DNA of 64,000 nt from an uncultured Gemmatimonadales bacterium (GCA_963821525.1 CAWGED010000005.1:160001-224000); one strand, 5' to 3'. Shown: positions 21,509-35,657, numbered from the stretch's first letter. The notes: generated from the letters alone by a model not told the origin. Made by a program: numbers and translations.

Positions 21509-21559
21509 ATCGGGGCGCCCGGATTTGAACCGGGGACCGCCTGCTCCCGAAGCAGCCGC
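21509..21559 (-). repeat. 51-bp duplicate of tRNA-Pro(CGG) 3' portion (att-like direct repeat)
   Basis: 49/51 identity to 22838-22888. Confidence 0.93.
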
Positions 21560-21562
21560 AGT

Positions 21563-22078
21563 TCAGTCGTCCGAGTCTTCCCGGTCAGGCGGAGTGACTT
21601 CGACTGGTGTGCCTGCTCCGCTCCCGACCTGCGCGTGCGCCTCGGCGGCCCGATAGCGATACACGAGCTGGCCGCCTGAGTGGCCCACCAGCGTTACGGC
21701 GACCAGGAGCCCGAGGGCGCCAGCGGACGTGGCAAGCCGTGCTGCCGCGCCGAGCCGGCCAGGAAGCATGCCCGCCCCGGCGAGGAGCAGAACTCCACCG
21801 GAAAGAGCGAGGAACCGTTCCGCCGCCTCCTCGTGGCTCTCGAGCGGCGCCTCTGCCACCGTGCGTTCGACGCGCTCCTCGTCGGCTTCTCCCGTCTCAA
21901 CGGCTAACCAGGAGCTGCCGCTCAGGGCAGCGGCGGTCGCAACGGCGATACCCCAGACAGGGCGAGTTGCCCCACCTCGACGAATGCGCCAAAGTGCGGC
22001 GAGCGCGACGATGGGCAGCAGAAAGGCCAGCACGATCGGGAAGTGAACGACCGCGGGGTGCAGCGGATCGGGCAACAT
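21563..22078 (-). CDS. DUF2231-like membrane protein
   Basis: PLHPAVVHFPI, HEEAA and GHSGGQLVY motifs; about 4 TM helices. Confidence 0.85.
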   Translation of the reverse strand: MLPDPLHPAVVHFPIVLAFLLPIVALAALWRIRRGGATRPVWGIAVATAAALSGSSWLAVETGEADEERVERTVAEAPLESHEEAAERFLALSGGVLLLAGAGMLPGRLGAAARLATSAGALGLLVAVTLVGHSGGQLVYRYRAAEAHAQVGSGAGTPVEVTPPDREDSDD

Positions 22079-22203
22079 CACTTGCTCCAGTTTGAGGTTG
22101 TCCGCATGGTGCTGGTGCAGCCGCGCTCGCGCCATCCGATATTCGACGTAGAATGGCGTCCAAGCGGTATTTTCCAGCACATCCGGCAAATGACGGAGTT
22201 TCA

Positions 22204-22785
22204 GTGACCGAAGACCCGCCAGCGCGGCTCCGCCTCCCGCTCACCATTCTGCTGCTCGCCATCGTGGCAGGGGGTGTCGTGGACCTGATCCTCGATGCAC
22301 CGACGGATTGGCGGTCCTTCCATGTTCTTTACGAGCTGGGGCTCATCGGAGCCGCACTTGGTCTGACGGCGTGGCTCTGGCGGGGCTGGGGGCGTGCCGA
22401 AGCCTCCGCTGGTGCCCTGCGCCGGACTCTGGCCGCGCAAAAGGTTGAGCGCGACGCGTGGCGGGCACGTGCCGAACGGGCACTACAGGGACTTGGTAGC
22501 GCCGTGGACGAGCAGTTTCGCATCTGGAGGTTGACCCCGAGCGAGCGGGAGGTGGCGGTGCTGTTGCTCAAGGGCCACGGACACAAACAGATCGCAGCAG
22601 CCACCGGTCGGAGTGAACGCACGGTGCGGCAACATTCAGTCGCGGTGTACCAGAAGTCCGGCCTCCAGGGCCGCGCCGAACTCGCTGCCTTCTTTCTCGA
22701 GGACCTCGTCGTTCCTGACTCTTTGGCTGCGAGCGTCGAGCCTCGTCAACCGATCAAAGCCCATGAGCGGCGCCCAGAACGATGA
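22204..22785 (+). CDS. Membrane-anchored LuxR-type HTH regulator
   Basis: Two N-terminal TM helices; LTPSEREVAVLLLKG...TVRQH...VYQKSG. Confidence 0.88.
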   Translation: MTEDPPARLRLPLTILLLAIVAGGVVDLILDAPTDWRSFHVLYELGLIGAALGLTAWLWRGWGRAEASAGALRRTLAAQKVERDAWRARAERALQGLGSAVDEQFRIWRLTPSEREVAVLLLKGHGHKQIAAATGRSERTVRQHSVAVYQKSGLQGRAELAAFFLEDLVVPDSLAASVEPRQPIKAHERRPER

Positions 22786-22795
22786 GCTGAAAGAC

Positions 22796-22829
22796 AAAGT
22801 GCCAGTCTCCGAGAGGAAACTGGCACTTC
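22796..22829. terminator. Terminator of the tRNA operon / LuxR gene
   Basis: AAGTGCCAGT...ACTGGCACTT. Confidence 0.65.
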
Positions 22830-22838
22830 ATCGACCAA

Positions 22839-22913
22839 TCGGGGCGCCCGGATTTGAACCGGGGACCTCCTGCTCCCGAAGCAGGCGCGCTAACCGGACT
22901 GCGCTACGCCCCG
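22839..22913 (-). tRNA. tRNA-Pro(CGG)
   Basis: CGGGGCG...CGCCCCGA, anticodon loop TTCGGGA. Confidence 0.96.
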
Positions 22914-22917
22914 TCAG

Positions 22918-22991
22918 CGGGCCCTGAGGGACTCGAACCCCCAACCTTCTGATCCGTAGTCAGATGCTCTATCCAATTGAGCTAAGGGCCC
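22918..22991 (-). tRNA. tRNA-Arg(ACG)
   Basis: GGGCCCT...AGGGCCCG, loop CTACGGA. Confidence 0.96.
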
Positions 22992-22993
22992 GA

Positions 22994-23067
22994 TGGGCGG
23001 TACAAGACTCGAACTTGTGACCTCCACGATGTCAACGTGGCGCTCTAACCAACTGAGCTAACCGCCC
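22994..23067 (-). tRNA. tRNA-Val(GAC)
   Basis: GGGCGGT...ACCGCCCA, loop TTGACAT. Confidence 0.96.
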
Positions 23068-23072
23068 AAAAA

Positions 23073-23158
23073 GCGAGGCGGTCGAGGCGGACGGGGCGGT
23101 CGGGTCGATGCAGAACCGCTCTGACCGCCCTGACCGCCTTGACCGCCGTGACCGCCCT
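23073..23158. repeat. 9-mer stutter inverted repeat within the tRNA cluster
   Basis: GAGGCGGTC-like units facing four TGACCGCC(C/T/G) units. Confidence 0.7.
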
Positions 23159-23162
23159 GCAA

Positions 23163-23236
23163 TAGCGGGGGTGGGATTTGAACCCACGACCTCCGGGTTA
23201 TGAGCCCGGCGAGCTACCAGACTGCTCCACCCCGCG
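23163..23236 (-). tRNA. Initiator tRNA-fMet(CAT)
   Basis: C1:A72 mismatch, three G-C pairs in the anticodon stem, loop CTCATAA. Confidence 0.96.
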
Positions 23237-23283
23237 ACGGTTTCCTTTATAAGAGCCCCCGCGAGGGGCTCAGCAACCTTCAG

Positions 23284-23356
23284 AGCGGGAAACGGGACTC
23301 GAACCCGCGACCCCAACCTTGGCAAGGTTGTGCTCTACCAACTGAGCTATTCCCGC
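23284..23356 (-). tRNA. tRNA-Gly(GCC)
   Basis: GCGGGAA...TTCCCGCT, loop TTGCCAA. Confidence 0.96.
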
Positions 23357-23429
23357 GGTATCGAGGGCCAGAGTTTATCGGCTGGTCCCCCGGATTGCAA
23401 CACCGGGCTTGAACAGGCCCAAGCCACAA

Positions 23430-23502
23430 TGGAGGCGAGGGGGATCGAACCCCTGACCTCGTGAATGCCATTCACGCGCTCTCCCAACTGAGCTACGCCC
23501 CC
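23430..23502 (-). tRNA. tRNA-Ala(GGC)
   Basis: G3:U70 pair, loop ATGGCAT. Confidence 0.96.
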
Positions 23503-23555
23503 ATTATATTAGCGCGCCCGTTTCGCGCCCAAACGCCGGGGCGAGCGAGCACGGC

Positions 23556-23584
23556 AAGGTAGTTTCGCCCCTCAGGAGAGTCAA
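23556..23584 (-). promoter_or_regulatory. Sigma70-type promoter of the tRNA operon
   Basis: TTGACT-17 bp-TACCTT upstream of tRNA-Ala. Confidence 0.6.
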
Positions 23585-23630
23585 GCATTTCCTGGCGCAA
23601 AACGCTCAGGCGCCGCACGATTAGGACGCG

Positions 23631-24638
23631 ATGACCAAGCGGAAATCTCCCGCGCCCCGCACGGCAAAGTCCAAGAGCAAAGCGACGACGGATCCGGCAC
23701 CGGACAAACCGGTGTCTCTATCCGAAGTCCAGAGATTCTGGCCAGCTCTCCGCCCAAGAAGGCTCGCAGCCGCAAACGGGAAACCGCGAAGACCCTCGGC
23801 GTGTACGACGCCGACAAGGACATCCTCGACCAGTACCTGTTCGAGGTGAGCCAGACTCCGCTCCTCACCCCGCAGCAGGAAATTGCCATCGCGAAACTGG
23901 TCCGCGCCGGCAACCAGGAGGCGATGCAGGAGCTGGTGAAGCGCAACCTGCGCTTCGTCATCTCGGTCGCCAAGAAATACCAGAACCGCGGCCTCCCGCT
24001 CACCGATCTGATCGGCGAAGGGAACGTGGGACTCCTCACCGCCGCGCGGAAGTTCGACCCGGACCAGGGCGTCAAGTTCATCTCCTACGCGGTCTGGTGG
24101 ATCCGCCAGGCAATTCTCGCTTCGCTGGCCCGCCAGGGCCGGACCGTGCGGGTGCCGCTCAACCGTACCGCGGACCTTTCCCGCATCGTGCGCACCGCGG
24201 AGACTCTGCGCCAGGAGCTTCGTCGCGAGCCTACGCCGGAGGAAATCGCCAAGTCCACCGGACTCTCGCTCGAAGTGGTTCAGTCGCTCGCTGCGCTCAA
24301 CACCAGCCGAGGTCCGGCTCGACGCCCCGCTCGATCCCGAGGGAGACCGCTCGCTCATCGAGCGCTTCATCGCGGGCGACCAGGCCGACACCGAAGACGA
24401 GGCGATGGATCGCTTCCTGACCGACGAAATCGAAGGGGCACTCCCTACGCTCCCGCCCCGGGATGCCAAGGTGCTCCGGCTCTACTTCGGCCTGGACGGC
24501 GGCCGCGAGCATACCCTGGAAGAGATCGGCGGGATGCTCGGCGTCACCCGCGAGCGGGTCCGCCAGCTGCGCGACCGCGCCCTCAAGCGCCTGCGCGAGG
24601 GAGACGTGGGCCGGGCGTTGGCGAGTTTCGCTGCATAG
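23631..24638 (+). CDS. RNA polymerase sigma-70 factor, RpoD/RpoS family (frameshifts)
   Basis: NLRFVISVAKKY, DLIGEGNVGL, KFISYAVWWIRQ, region 4 TLEEIG...TRERVRQ. Confidence 0.93.
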
Positions 24639-24790
24639 CTGCCAGACTAGCAGCTATTAGCTCTAAGCCTAAGCCGGATAGCTATCACGACTTGCCGATA
24701 GTCCCGACACATGCCAGCTTCGCTTTCCGATACCAAATGGCCGCTTTATCGAGTGTCGCACTAGCTAATGGCTAACGGCTAACAGCTAAT
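24636..24790. repeat. Heptamer (GCTAACA-type) stutter inverted repeat between sigma stop and mlaE start
   Basis: AGCTATTAGC... facing GCTAATGGCTAACGGCTAACAGCTA-ATG. Confidence 0.65.
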
Positions 24791-25522
24791 GGCTGTCACA
24801 GCCTCCATCACGCGCGTCGGCCACGGCGCCATCGAGTCCGGCCGCGCCCTGGCCGATGTGCGGACCTGGCTCCCGCTGCTCGCGGCCCAGCTGCGCCGGC
24901 TGGGCGTGGACTCGGTGCCCATCGCCCTGTTCATCGCCGTCTTCACCGGCATCGTCCTGTCCCTGCTTTCCAAATACATCTTCACCGGCGCCGTTCCGCT
25001 CTACTTCGTCGGTGCCCTGGTCGGGAAGACCATCATGATGGAGCTCGGCCCGGTGCTCACCGGACTGGCTCTCGCGGGCAGAGTGGGCGCCAACATCGCC
25101 GCCGAGATCGGGACGATGCGGGTAACCGAGCAGGTGGACGCGCTCGAGACCCTGGCCTACAATCCCAAGAGCTATCTGGTTGTGCCCCGGGTGCTGGCGG
25201 GCGGCATCATGTTTCCCGTCGTTACCGCACTCGCGGTCGCGGTCGGCGTCACCGCGGGCTGGCTGACCGCGATCAATCTGCTCGACTCTCCACGCTCGAA
25301 TTCGTGAAGGGCCTCCGACTCTTCTACCGCTGGAAGGACATCTGGTTCGGTCTGGTGAAGGCGGCGAGCTTCGGCATCGCCGTCACCCTTGCCGGCAGCC
25401 TCATGGGCCTTTCCACCCGGGGCGGGGCAGAGGGCGTCGGCCGCAACACGACCCGCGCCGTCGTCCTGGGTTGCGAGGCGATCCTGGTGCTGGACGCGTT
25501 CTGGGCGTTGGTGCTTTTGTGA
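24789..25522 (+). CDS. mlaE: MlaE-family ABC permease (frameshift ~25290)
   Basis: ELGPVLT, GRVGANIAAEIGTMRVTEQVDALE, GGAEGVG. Confidence 0.92.
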
Positions 25523-25619
25523 GAGGCGGACGGGCCGGACGAGTCGGTCAGGACGGACAAGGCGGACGAACCCTTTTCAGTCCGCCGGTCCGCAAGTCCG
25601 CCGGTCCGCCGGTCCGCTG
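25522..25619. repeat. Octamer stutter inverted repeat between mlaE and mlaF
   Basis: GGCGGACG units facing GTCCGCCG units, ending at ATG 25620. Confidence 0.7.
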
Positions 25620-26382
25620 ATGATCCAATTCCACAACGTCCACAAATCCTTCGGCGCCAAGACCGTCCTCGAGGGCTTCTCGCTTTCCATTCCGGATCGC
25701 GAAACCACCGTCATCATCGGCTACTCGGGGAGCGGGAAGAGTGTCGCGCTCAAGCACATTGTGGGTCTCATCCTGCCCGATTCCGGCCAAGTCGAGGTGG
25801 ACGGCCAGGCGGTGGGCCAGCTTGGCAAGGATGAATTGACCGAGCTGCGGCGGAAGGTCGGGTACGTATTCCAGTTCGCGGCTCTGTTCGACTCGATGAC
25901 GGTCGCGGAAAACATCGGGCTCGGTCTCGCGCGCCGGGGCTTGTCCGAGAGTGAGATCGAACGCCGGATCGCCGACAGCCTCGCGCTGGTGGATCTGCCC
26001 GGACACCCAGGCCCGCTATCCTGCGGAGCTGTCCGGCGGCATGCGGAAGCGGGTGGGCATCGCCCGAGCGATCGCTCTCCAGCCGCGCTACATTCTGTAC
26101 GACGAACCCACCTCGGGCCTCGATCCCGTGACCTCCGCGGTGATCGATGAGCTCATGGTTCGCGCCCGGAAGGAACTGGGGGTGACCGGGGTAGTCGTCA
26201 CCCATGACATGCGCAGCGCCTATACCGTGGGAGACCGCATCGCGATGCTCTACCAGGGTAAAGTCCGCCAGGAGGGAACCATCGCCGAGATTCAGGCCAC
26301 TCGAGACCCGATCGTGCGGCAGTTCATCGAGGGGCGCCCGCGCGAAGCGGCTCCCGACTCCAGCGCCACGGTCGGGGCATGA
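25620..26382 (+). CDS. mlaF: MlaF-family ABC ATPase (frameshift ~26000)
   Basis: GYSGSGKS, FQFAALFDS, LSGGMRKR, YDEPTSGLDP. Confidence 0.92.
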
Positions 26383-27386
26383 AGCGAAGCAACGAATTCC
26401 TGGTGGGTCTCGTGCTGCTGGTAGCGCTCGGCATCACCATCGCCGGCGCCCTCTGGCTTGGCGAGACCAACGTGGGGCGGCGCGAGCAGCTGCACGTGGC
26501 CCGCTTCCGCACGGTGGGAGGCCTCACCCCCGGCGCACCGGTCACCCTGCGTGGTGTGAAGGTGGGCCGGATCGATGCTGTGCGTCTGGGCGAGGGAGAC
26601 TGGGTCGACGCCGATCTCAGGGTTTACCAGGGTGTCGAGCTTCCCGCCCGCCCTGCCGTGATCGCCGCCTCCCAGAGTCTGTTCGGTGAATGGTCCGCCA
26701 CGATCGTCTCCGGCGACGAGCCGCAGGACGACCCCAACGTGCGGGAGATGCTGACTGAAGCGGCGAAAGCGGGCGGTGGCGCGTGGCCCGGTGCCACACT
26801 CCCCGACGTCGGGCAGCTCACCGCACAGGCCGGCCGGATCGCCACCGACATCGCTGCTGTCGCGGAGCGGGTGCAGACCACCTTCGACTCGAGTGCCGTG
26901 TTCGAGCTACGGAAGGGAGTGAAGGACTTCGCCGCCATCACCGACCGGCTGGCCAAGTTCACCCAGAGCCAGACCAGCCGGCTCAACACGGTTACCGGGA
27001 ACATCGATACGACGGCGTTCGCCGTCCGGAACGCCAGTGAAGATCTGCGCCAGGTCCTCGCCCGGATCGACGCGGCGACCGACAGCAACCAGCTCGAGGG
27101 AATCGTCCGGAATGCGCAGACCGGGACGGCCAGCCTCAGGACGGCGGCGGCGGACATCCGGACCCTCACCGAGGCGGCCCGCGTCCATCAGGCCAACCTG
27201 ATTCGCGTTCTCCTCGCCGCAGACTCCATATTGGGACGGATCCAGACCGGGCAGGGGACCCTTGGCATGCTCTCCCGGGACAGCGCACTGTATAATGAAA
27301 CCACCGAGACCATGCGGGAATTCCGCAAGCTGATCGCGGACATCCAGGCCAATCCGCGAAAGTACTTCAAGTTCAGCGTGTTCTAA
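26379..27386 (+). CDS. mlaD: MlaD/MCE family protein
   Basis: N-terminal TM, GLTPGAPVTLRGVKVGRI, C-terminal NPRKYFKFSVF. Confidence 0.9.
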   Translation: MKRSNEFLVGLVLLVALGITIAGALWLGETNVGRREQLHVARFRTVGGLTPGAPVTLRGVKVGRIDAVRLGEGDWVDADLRVYQGVELPARPAVIAASQSLFGEWSATIVSGDEPQDDPNVREMLTEAAKAGGGAWPGATLPDVGQLTAQAGRIATDIAAVAERVQTTFDSSAVFELRKGVKDFAAITDRLAKFTQSQTSRLNTVTGNIDTTAFAVRNASEDLRQVLARIDAATDSNQLEGIVRNAQTGTASLRTAAADIRTLTEAARVHQANLIRVLLAADSILGRIQTGQGTLGMLSRDSALYNETTETMREFRKLIADIQANPRKYFKFSVF

Positions 27387-27390
27387 GAAA

Positions 27391-27522
27391 GCGTGAGAAG
27401 TGAGAGGTAAGACGGTGAGAGGGATGCGGCACTCGGGCTCTCGCGCGCGGAAGGGAAGCGTGATATTGGTCATGCTGACGAATCGCAGGTCCTGCTCACT
27501 TCTCACCGTCTCACTGCTCACG
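27391..27522. repeat. Heptamer (GTGAGAA-type) stutter inverted repeat
   Basis: GTGAGAAGTGAGAGGTAAGACGGTGAGA facing TCACTTCTCACCGTCTCACTGCTCAC. Confidence 0.7.
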
Positions 27523-27538
27523 TTTTGGGGGTAAGGCG

Positions 27539-28030
27539 ATGGGTAAGCGACGCCCGGAACGCGAGGTGTCGGCAGGGGGGATCGTGTTCCGGAGAGAGCC
27601 GGACCGTTCCGCCCGTTTCCTGCTGATTCGCGATTCCTATCGCAACTGGGGTTTTCCCAAGGGCCATCTCGAGGGCGAGGAATCTCCCGCCGAGGCCGCC
27701 GGCCGGGAAACCAGCGAGGAGACCGGTCTCTCCGACCTGGTCATGCACGGTCCAATCCGGATCATCGACTGGCATTTCCGCTTTCGCGGCCGCTACATCC
27801 ACAAGTTCTGTCACTTCTTCCTGTTCGAGAGCCCGGCCGGCGAGGTGAGACCTCAGGCCGACGAGGGCATCACCGATTATCGCTGGTGTACGCTCGATGA
27901 AGCGCTCGAGACCCTGAGCTACGACAATGCCCGGGGTGTGTTGAAGCGGGCGGGAGACATGGCGAGGACGCTCGTGGCCATGGGAAGCGGCCGCTCGCAA
28001 CCCACCACCGCACCGCTGGTCGAGAGCTGA
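27539..28030 (+). CDS. NUDIX hydrolase (Ap4A hydrolase-like)
   Basis: WGFPKGH...AAGRETSEETG Nudix box. Confidence 0.9.
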   Translation: MGKRRPEREVSAGGIVFRREPDRSARFLLIRDSYRNWGFPKGHLEGEESPAEAAGRETSEETGLSDLVMHGPIRIIDWHFRFRGRYIHKFCHFFLFESPAGEVRPQADEGITDYRWCTLDEALETLSYDNARGVLKRAGDMARTLVAMGSGRSQPTTAPLVES

Positions 28031-28031
28031 A

Positions 28032-28805
28032 GTGCCTGTCGTCGCCGCGCTCCTCGAGAGCCGCGACGCCGCGCAGGCGCTTCGCCGCTCACTTCCCCGC
28101 AGCAACTGGTCGCTCGCCCGCTGCCGTCACGCCAACGGGTTGCGGAAGGTCCTCGCGACCCGCCTGGTAGATGCCATCGTACTGACTCCCCAGGCCGTCG
28201 CTCAGCCGCAGATTCAGGAAGTTCGGGCCGCGTTCCCCGGAGTTCCCATGGTGGCGTTCGGGCCCTTCCGTCCCGACGACGGGGAGATGATGCTGGCCTG
28301 CCATGAGGCGAAGGTCGCGGCTCTGCTGGTCGAAGGGGTGGACAACGCGGTGTCCGGCGAGGTGGTGCTTCGCGTCTCCGCCGCCGAGGAGCGCCGCCGC
28401 ACTCTGGCGGACGCGCCTCGTGCGCTCCGTCTCACCGATCCGGTGCAACGCGACGTGTGGGATTATCTGCTGGAGCGGGTGGATCAGACGGTGAGAACCG
28501 GCGCGCTGGCTCAGCGGCTCAAGATCAGTCGGGAACATCTGAGCCGGCAATTCGGTGCCGGTGGCGCTCCCAATCTCAAGCGGGTCATCGATCTCACCCG
28601 GATCGCATGCGCCGCGCAGTTGCTCCGCAATCCCGGCTACGACGCCGGAACCACCGCGCGACTCCTCCGCTTTGCCACCTCCAGCCACCTCACCATCACC
28701 GCCAGGCGTATTGCGGGAGCCTCGGCCAGCGGGCTGGCGAGCATGGGACCCCGAGGCGTTCTCGCCGCGTTTGCCCGGGGGAACACCCGAAGCAGGATTC
28801 GGTAG
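28032..28805 (+). CDS. AraC-family HTH regulator
   Basis: C-terminal LAQRLKISREHLSRQF...LRFATSSHL. Confidence 0.75.
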   Translation: MPVVAALLESRDAAQALRRSLPRSNWSLARCRHANGLRKVLATRLVDAIVLTPQAVAQPQIQEVRAAFPGVPMVAFGPFRPDDGEMMLACHEAKVAALLVEGVDNAVSGEVVLRVSAAEERRRTLADAPRALRLTDPVQRDVWDYLLERVDQTVRTGALAQRLKISREHLSRQFGAGGAPNLKRVIDLTRIACAAQLLRNPGYDAGTTARLLRFATSSHLTITARRIAGASASGLASMGPRGVLAAFARGNTRSRIR

Positions 28806-30434
28806 CTCGAACCCTCAGCGAGGTCCGGTCCGCCGGTGCGCTCCACCACCGCTCGCGCGGCACCACCACCGAATGTTCCGGCTGACTCATGAAGTGGGGT
28901 GAAAGGATCTGCACCCCGTGCTCGTTGAATGCGTCCTGGATGTTGGTGTGCAGCTCGGAGAGGATGAACACGCGCTGGGCCGGTTCCTCGGGTTGGAAGT
29001 TGAGGGTGTATTCGACGTAGAAATCGGAGAGCGAGCTTTGCAGGACGAAGGGTGGCGGCGTCCCGGCGAATCCCTTGAGTCCGTTCCGCCGCCTGGCAAA
29101 GCATCGCGTGAACCTGTCGCCACGGAGCGTCATATCCGATGGTGACAGAGGTGCGATACCAGAGCGTGTCGGCTCGGTCCATTCTGGAGTAATTCGTCGT
29201 CGCCGCGCCCAGCACCACCGCATTCGGAATCGTCACCAGCTCCTGCCATGGAGTGCGGATCCTGGTTGCCACCAGCCCGACTTCGGCCACTGTCCCCTCG
29301 TACTCGCCGACCCTTACGTAGTCCCCAAGCCGGAGCGCCCTGGCATAAACCAGAATGAGCCCACTCACGATCTGGTTGATGCTGCCGCTTGAGCCAAGGG
29401 TGACCAGGAGCCCGAGAAGAACGCTCACTCCCTTGAAGGCGTCGCTTCCGCTCCCCGGCAGATGCGGGTAACAGAGAACGAGACCGAATACCCAAAGCAG
29501 CGTCACCACGATCCGTTCGGTGGGGGCGGCCGTATCCGGAGGAAGCCACGGTACCGATACCCTGCCGGACTGAACCGCCCGGAAAAATCCCCGAGTCAAC
29601 CGGACCAGGAATCGAATGAAGAGCAGGATGACGACGGCGGTGAAAAGACCCGGGATGGTCTTCAGCGCCCCCAGGGCGAGGTCCCCAAGCGTCGTGAGCA
29701 GGAAGTGCCTGAGGGCCCGTCCCCAGGGGCGGTGTAGGGGAACCGGCCCAGCGAGAAGCTGAGCCAGATCTCCGCAAGCACCAATCCCGCGACCCATGCG
29801 AGCGCGGTAGTGAGGTACTTCAAACCCTGCCGGATCTGCTCGTGATCCAGCAGCTGGAATCCGCCCAGCTTCCCCGAGCGGACGTCTCTCACCGCGCGGG
29901 TCTGGAGCCACCTGAGGAGAACCAGCCGAAGTTTGATGATGATCTGAAGAACCACGACGAGGAGTGTCGTGGCGAACAGCGCCCAGAGCGCGCCGCGAAG
30001 CAGCACCCCGGGACTTCGCGCCGCGCGCTCGGCATCAATCGCCTCACGCAGCCGAGCCGCCGCCGAGTCGGCGACTACAGCTGAGATCCTCTCCGGCCAG
30101 GCTGTCGGCATCGGCGGGACCCAGCACCAGAACCACGGTGCCGGTTGCGGTGACGGTAATGGCACCGAGGAGGTGCTCGACTCCGACGCTATCGCCAGTA
30201 GCGGGACCCTCGAGTACCTTGGCGAGGCGTTCGCGGGCCAGCGCCGCCCGCTCCGCGGGGGAGTAGGAGCCCAGCGGCTCGGCGGTAGACGAAGATCGGC
30301 CGGTTCTGGAGGACGAGAGTTGCGGTGTCTGCTGCCTGGAGGGGCTTGGACGGCCCGTCGGCCCGGGCGGCCAAGGGGTGAACCAGCAACAAAAGCCCCA
30401 GCCCGGCGAGGGCTGGTCCGCAGGCGGCTTCCAT
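28696..30434 (-). CDS. MscS mechanosensitive channel family protein (frameshifts; true stop probably ~28800)
   Basis: GDYVRVGEYEGTV, VTIPN, IGYDAPWRQVH, DFYVEY, IQDAFNEHGVQILSPHF. Confidence 0.88.
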
Positions 30435-30607
30435 CTTCCAAGTTTTGGCCGCATGGCCGATTATATCGCCCGCTGCAGGACCCGGCGAGAGCCGACCGGG
30501 CTTGGCCGACGGCTTGGACCTTCGGGCAAACTTGCCCGAAGGGTCTCCATGTGATAATTTTCACAAGCTAAGTTCTGACCGCATTTCCACTCACAGATCG
30601 AAGGCTT

Positions 30608-32186
<1,579 letters not shown>

Positions 32187-33088
32187 ATGGCCAAGTCTCG
32201 CGGCGCTCCGGGGACGGATCCGCTCCGTGCAGAACACCCGCAAGATCACGCGGACGATGGAGCTGGTCTCCACGTCCAAGCTCAAGCGGGCCCAGGATCG
32301 CGTCGTCGCGGCGCGGCCCTACGCGGAGGCGCTGGCGCGAAGTCATCGCCGATCTGGTCACGCCCGAGCTGCCAGGCCCGATTCCCGCTGCTCCGGCAGC
32401 CGGCGCCGCACGGCAAGGGCGGTCCCAAGCGGGCGGCGGTCATCCTGATCACGTCCAACCGCGGGCTGGCCGGCGGGTTCAACTCCAACCTGATCAAGGA
32501 AGCCCGCCGCCGCATCGAGGCGCTCGAGGGCGCGGGCTACACCGTCGATCTGCACGGCGTGGGTAAGAAGGGCATCGGGTACTTCAGGTACATCGGGCGC
32601 GCCGCTGGCACTCAGCGGCTCGACATCGGTGACAAGCCGACGGCCGATCACGCCTCGGAGCTGGTGGCTCCGCTGATCGAGGAGTTCGCGGCGGGACGGC
32701 TCGCCAGCGTGGACATGGTCTACGCCAAGTTCAACAGCCCGCTGTCCACGCCGCCGACGCCTGCTGCCGGTCCTCCCGGTCGAGACGCCGGAGCGGCCGA
32801 AGGGCGGCAGTGCGGCCCGACTACATCCTCAAGCCCGGGGCGGACGAAATCCTGGAGCAGCTGTTGCCGCTCTACGTCCGGAACCTGGTGTACCGGGGCC
32901 TGGTCGAGACCGCCGCGTCGGAGCACGGCGCCCGGCGCACCGCGATGAAGAACGCGACCGACAACGCCGGTGAGATTCACGATCTGCTGAAGCGCACCTA
33001 CAACCGCCAGCGCCAGGCGGCGATCACGCAGGAAATCGCGGAGATCGTCGGCGGGGCAGCGGCGCTTGGAGGGATAGTCGCCGATTGA
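32187..33088 (+). CDS. atpG: F1 ATP synthase gamma subunit (frameshifts)
   Basis: [45 protein letters not shown]. Confidence 0.96.
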
Positions 33089-33156
33089 AGATCGAAGAAT
33101 TCAGATTGAAGATTGAAACAGCTAGCAGCTAATGGCTAACAGCTAACACAGCTAAC
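33083..33156. repeat. Chimeric heptamer stutter tract between atpG and atpD
   Basis: GATTGAA units followed by GCTAACA units. Confidence 0.7.
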
Positions 33157-33172
33157 GGACCGACAGGCACAC

Positions 33173-34853
<1,681 letters not shown>

Positions 34854-34864
<11 letters not shown>

Positions 34865-35469
34865 GCTTCTGGTGTTTTTAGTAGCGGCAGGACTGGCGTC
34901 AACGGCAGGGACGTTGCCGGCGCAGACGCTCGGCACGCCAATTTTCATGGCGCCGACCCGCGCGTTTCAGAAACAGGAATTAGGTGGTTATATCTCGGAT
35001 CCCGGCGAAGGGGTGAGCATCGCGATCGAGGGCGAGTACCGGCGCTTCCATAAGACCTTCGACTGGGGTTTCCAGGGCGGTTACATGGACGCAGATGGTG
35101 GCGGCGACAACATCGGCGCGCTCGGTATTGATGCCCGCGCCGTCCTCGCCAAGCACAGCGAGGATTTCCCGCTCGACGCTGCGGTGACGGGTGGCTTTGG
35201 GGTTCTCTTTTCCGGCGGTGACGTCGGTTTCCTCATCCCGCTCGGCGTTTCGCTTGGGACGCCAGGTCCTGCTGGAAGAGTCCAAGATCAGCTTCACCCC
35301 CTACGTCCACCCGGTCATTGCTCCGGCCTTCGGCGACCTGTTCGACGACGCTCAGTTTGGTCTGGGTCTCGGCGTGGATATCACCCTCACCAAGACGTTC
35401 GATGTTCGGGTGAGCGGTGCGGTGGGGGACTACGAAGGAGTGGGGATCGGCGTAGCGTGGCATAAGTGA
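34854..35469 (+). CDS. Outer-membrane beta-barrel protein (frameshift ~35250)
   Basis: Signal peptide, alternating strands, C-terminal GIGVAWHK. Confidence 0.7.
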
Positions 35470-35516
35470 GTAGCCCGCTGCCGGCCTGTTTCTTATCAGC
35501 CGTTCCCGTATGACAC

Positions 35517-35546
35517 GACCCTCCTCGGCGTGGAGCCGAGGAGGGT
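35517..35546. terminator. Hairpin after the atp/OMP operon
   Basis: ACCCTCCTCGGC-GTGGA-GCCGAGGAGGGT. Confidence 0.6.
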
Positions 35547-35657
35547 TGTGCTATCAGGCCCGTTTCACGGCGTCCGATCTCTGCCCACCAGATTGACGAA
35601 CCCCGCGCGACGCCGCTACCTTGCGCGCCGATTCGACTCGATTCCCCGGAGGTGTTG

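Larger units (their letters stand above)
21509..22888. mobile_element. Miniature tRNA-Pro-integrated cassette (two genes, no integrase)
   Basis: Bounded by tRNA-Pro 3' direct repeats. Confidence 0.65.
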
